DNA of 63,874 nucleotides, the filler included, from Octopus bimaculoides (Eukaryota), in NCBI RefSeq assembly GCF_001194135.2. It is 7 parts of 6 records of this genome, joined end to end, with 100 filler letters (N's around TTAATTAATTAA, not from the genome) between each part and the next. Parts side by side here need not be neighbours in the genome. Positions count along the whole stretch, not along the records: positions 62,431 to 63,874 come from NC_068986.1; 6 more parts are not named here. One strand, 5' to 3'. Positions 62,431 through 63,874 of this stretch are shown here, piece after piece. Position numbers and translations under genes: made by a program. Below the pieces are notes generated by a model. That model saw only the letters and a program-made list of their open reading frames with translations. It was not told where the DNA came from and made no database searches. Numbering within the stretch: position 1 is the stretch's first letter; every line of letters starts with the position of its first letter.

Positions 62431-62760
62431 CACTCTCTGTGATATTATTGCAGTAAAGGCTTTGTAGATCGTAGGGAGACAGGTTATAGGTCTATAGTTT
62501 TGTGGTTTCTCCGTTTCCGTGGATTTGGGGATTAAGATGGTTTTCCCTTTTGTGAGCCATTCAGGCATTGTTTCTGGATCTGCTATTATGTTGTTAAAGT
62601 TTTCTGCCAGCTTTTTATGCATTGCTGGCAGGTGTTTTAACCAGAAATTGGGGATCTTGTCGTGTCCAGGTGCTTTCCAGTTGCTTAGTCTTTGCAGTGT
62701 CTGGGTGACCTCTTCAGTTGTTATAGGGGCCCAGAGTTGCTCAGGTGCTAAGTTAAATTG
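62431..62760 (-). pseudogene. R4/Dong-like non-LTR retrotransposon RT fragment, 5'-truncated
   Basis: Open frame APITTEEVTQTLQRLSNWKAPGHDKIPNFWLKHL..PEWLTKGKTILIPK..NYRPITCLPTIYKAFTAII; runs into a gap. Confidence 0.8.
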
Positions 62761-62792
62761 TTATTATTATTATTATCATTATCATTATTATT

Positions 62793-62837
<45 letters not shown>

Positions 62838-62856
62838 GCTATTATTATCATTATCA

Positions 62857-62939
<83 letters not shown>

Positions 62940-62941
62940 GC

Positions 62942-63005
<64 letters not shown>
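62757..63005. repeat. (TTA)n, read as (TAA)n on the minus strand
   Basis: Direct reading; occasional TCA/CTA/TTG variants. Confidence 0.95.
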
Positions 63006-63006
<1 letters not shown>

Positions 63007-63644
63007 ATGTCATTGTTGCTTTTTTTGTTTTTTAAGGATGTTCATACCGTAGTAACGTAGTCATTGTCGTTTTTATTATTATTATTATTACTGTTCTGAT
63101 TAATATTGATGATGATATCATTGTTCTAGATGCTGTTGGTGCTGTTGATATCGTTTTTATTGCTATCATTACCGTTGTCATTGCCATGTTTATTTTTGTT
63201 GTGAATGTTGTGCTGCTCTGATTACCGTTCGTTCTTGTTTTTGCTTTTTTTGTTTTCTCTATTGTTTTATTTTAATATTTTTGCTATGAACAGTATTTGG
63301 TTTTACTCTTTCTAGTCTTCCATATTTGCTTCTTTTTTTAGTTTCACTTTCGTTTTTGTTCCTTTTTATTAATACTGTAGGTTTATTCTTCTTATTTATT
63401 TTTTAAAGTTATTGGTGTGGGAGCTGTTGTTGATATTACCGCTGCGTTTGTTGTTGTTGTTGCCGCTGTGCGTGCTGTTGTTTTTCTTTCCCACCCGACA
63501 TTGTTTCCAGTGTGTTTGTGATGATGTTTGGAGATGTGTGTACTCTATACAATGTGTTAGAAGCGATAAGATGTCACTCACTAACTATCTTCTCGGTAGA
63601 ATATTCAAAGATATCCAGTTATAACGATCAAGACTATATTCCGT

Positions 63645-63779
63645 ATACATATATATGTGCATGTGTTTATATATCTATATGTGTTTGTATGTGCGTGCGT
63701 GTGTGTCTATACATATGTGTGTGTGCACACATATGTATAGACATATATATATATATATATATATACACACACTCACATA

Positions 63780-63841
<62 letters not shown>

Positions 63842-63874
63842 TGGATATATATATATATAAACATGCATACGTAC
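63645..63874. repeat. TA/TG/CA compound microsatellite region
   Basis: Direct reading. Confidence 0.9.

Overview
This is AT-rich eukaryotic DNA, dense in microsatellites and broken by many assembly gaps. The repeat content points to a coleoid cephalopod, probably an octopus; this is inferred from the SINE families and was not checked against a database. I found no convincing host protein-coding gene, rRNA, true tRNA or CRISPR array, so the window looks intergenic or deep intronic. Most long entries in the ORF track are artefacts of N runs and simple repeats. The real coding traces are all decayed retroelements: a CR1/Jockey-group LINE ORF2 (about 35.6-39.2 kb), a HERO-like RT plus restriction-like endonuclease element (52.2-54.1 kb, minus), an R4/Dong-like RT fragment next to a (TAA)n array (62.4-62.8 kb, minus), three RTE-type 3' fragments, two small Jockey-like RT scraps and Penelope-like (PLE) remnants. 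Non-autonomous elements include three tRNA-headed SINE families (several copies with 14-17 bp target-site duplications), mariner-, hAT- and Merlin-like MITEs, and Helitron-like elements. The most interesting signal is a PLE terminal repeat that joins a tRNA-like Pol III head, a variable microsatellite and a minimal type-I hammerhead-ribozyme motif. Its hammerhead part is present three times, twice as an inverted pair. A second hammerhead family shares a CUGUUGA core variant with one of these copies. An unexplained 1.85-kb inverted repeat with arms of about 600 bp lies at 54.3-56.2 kb. Boundaries were read by eye and are approximate unless a TSD or TIR is quoted.
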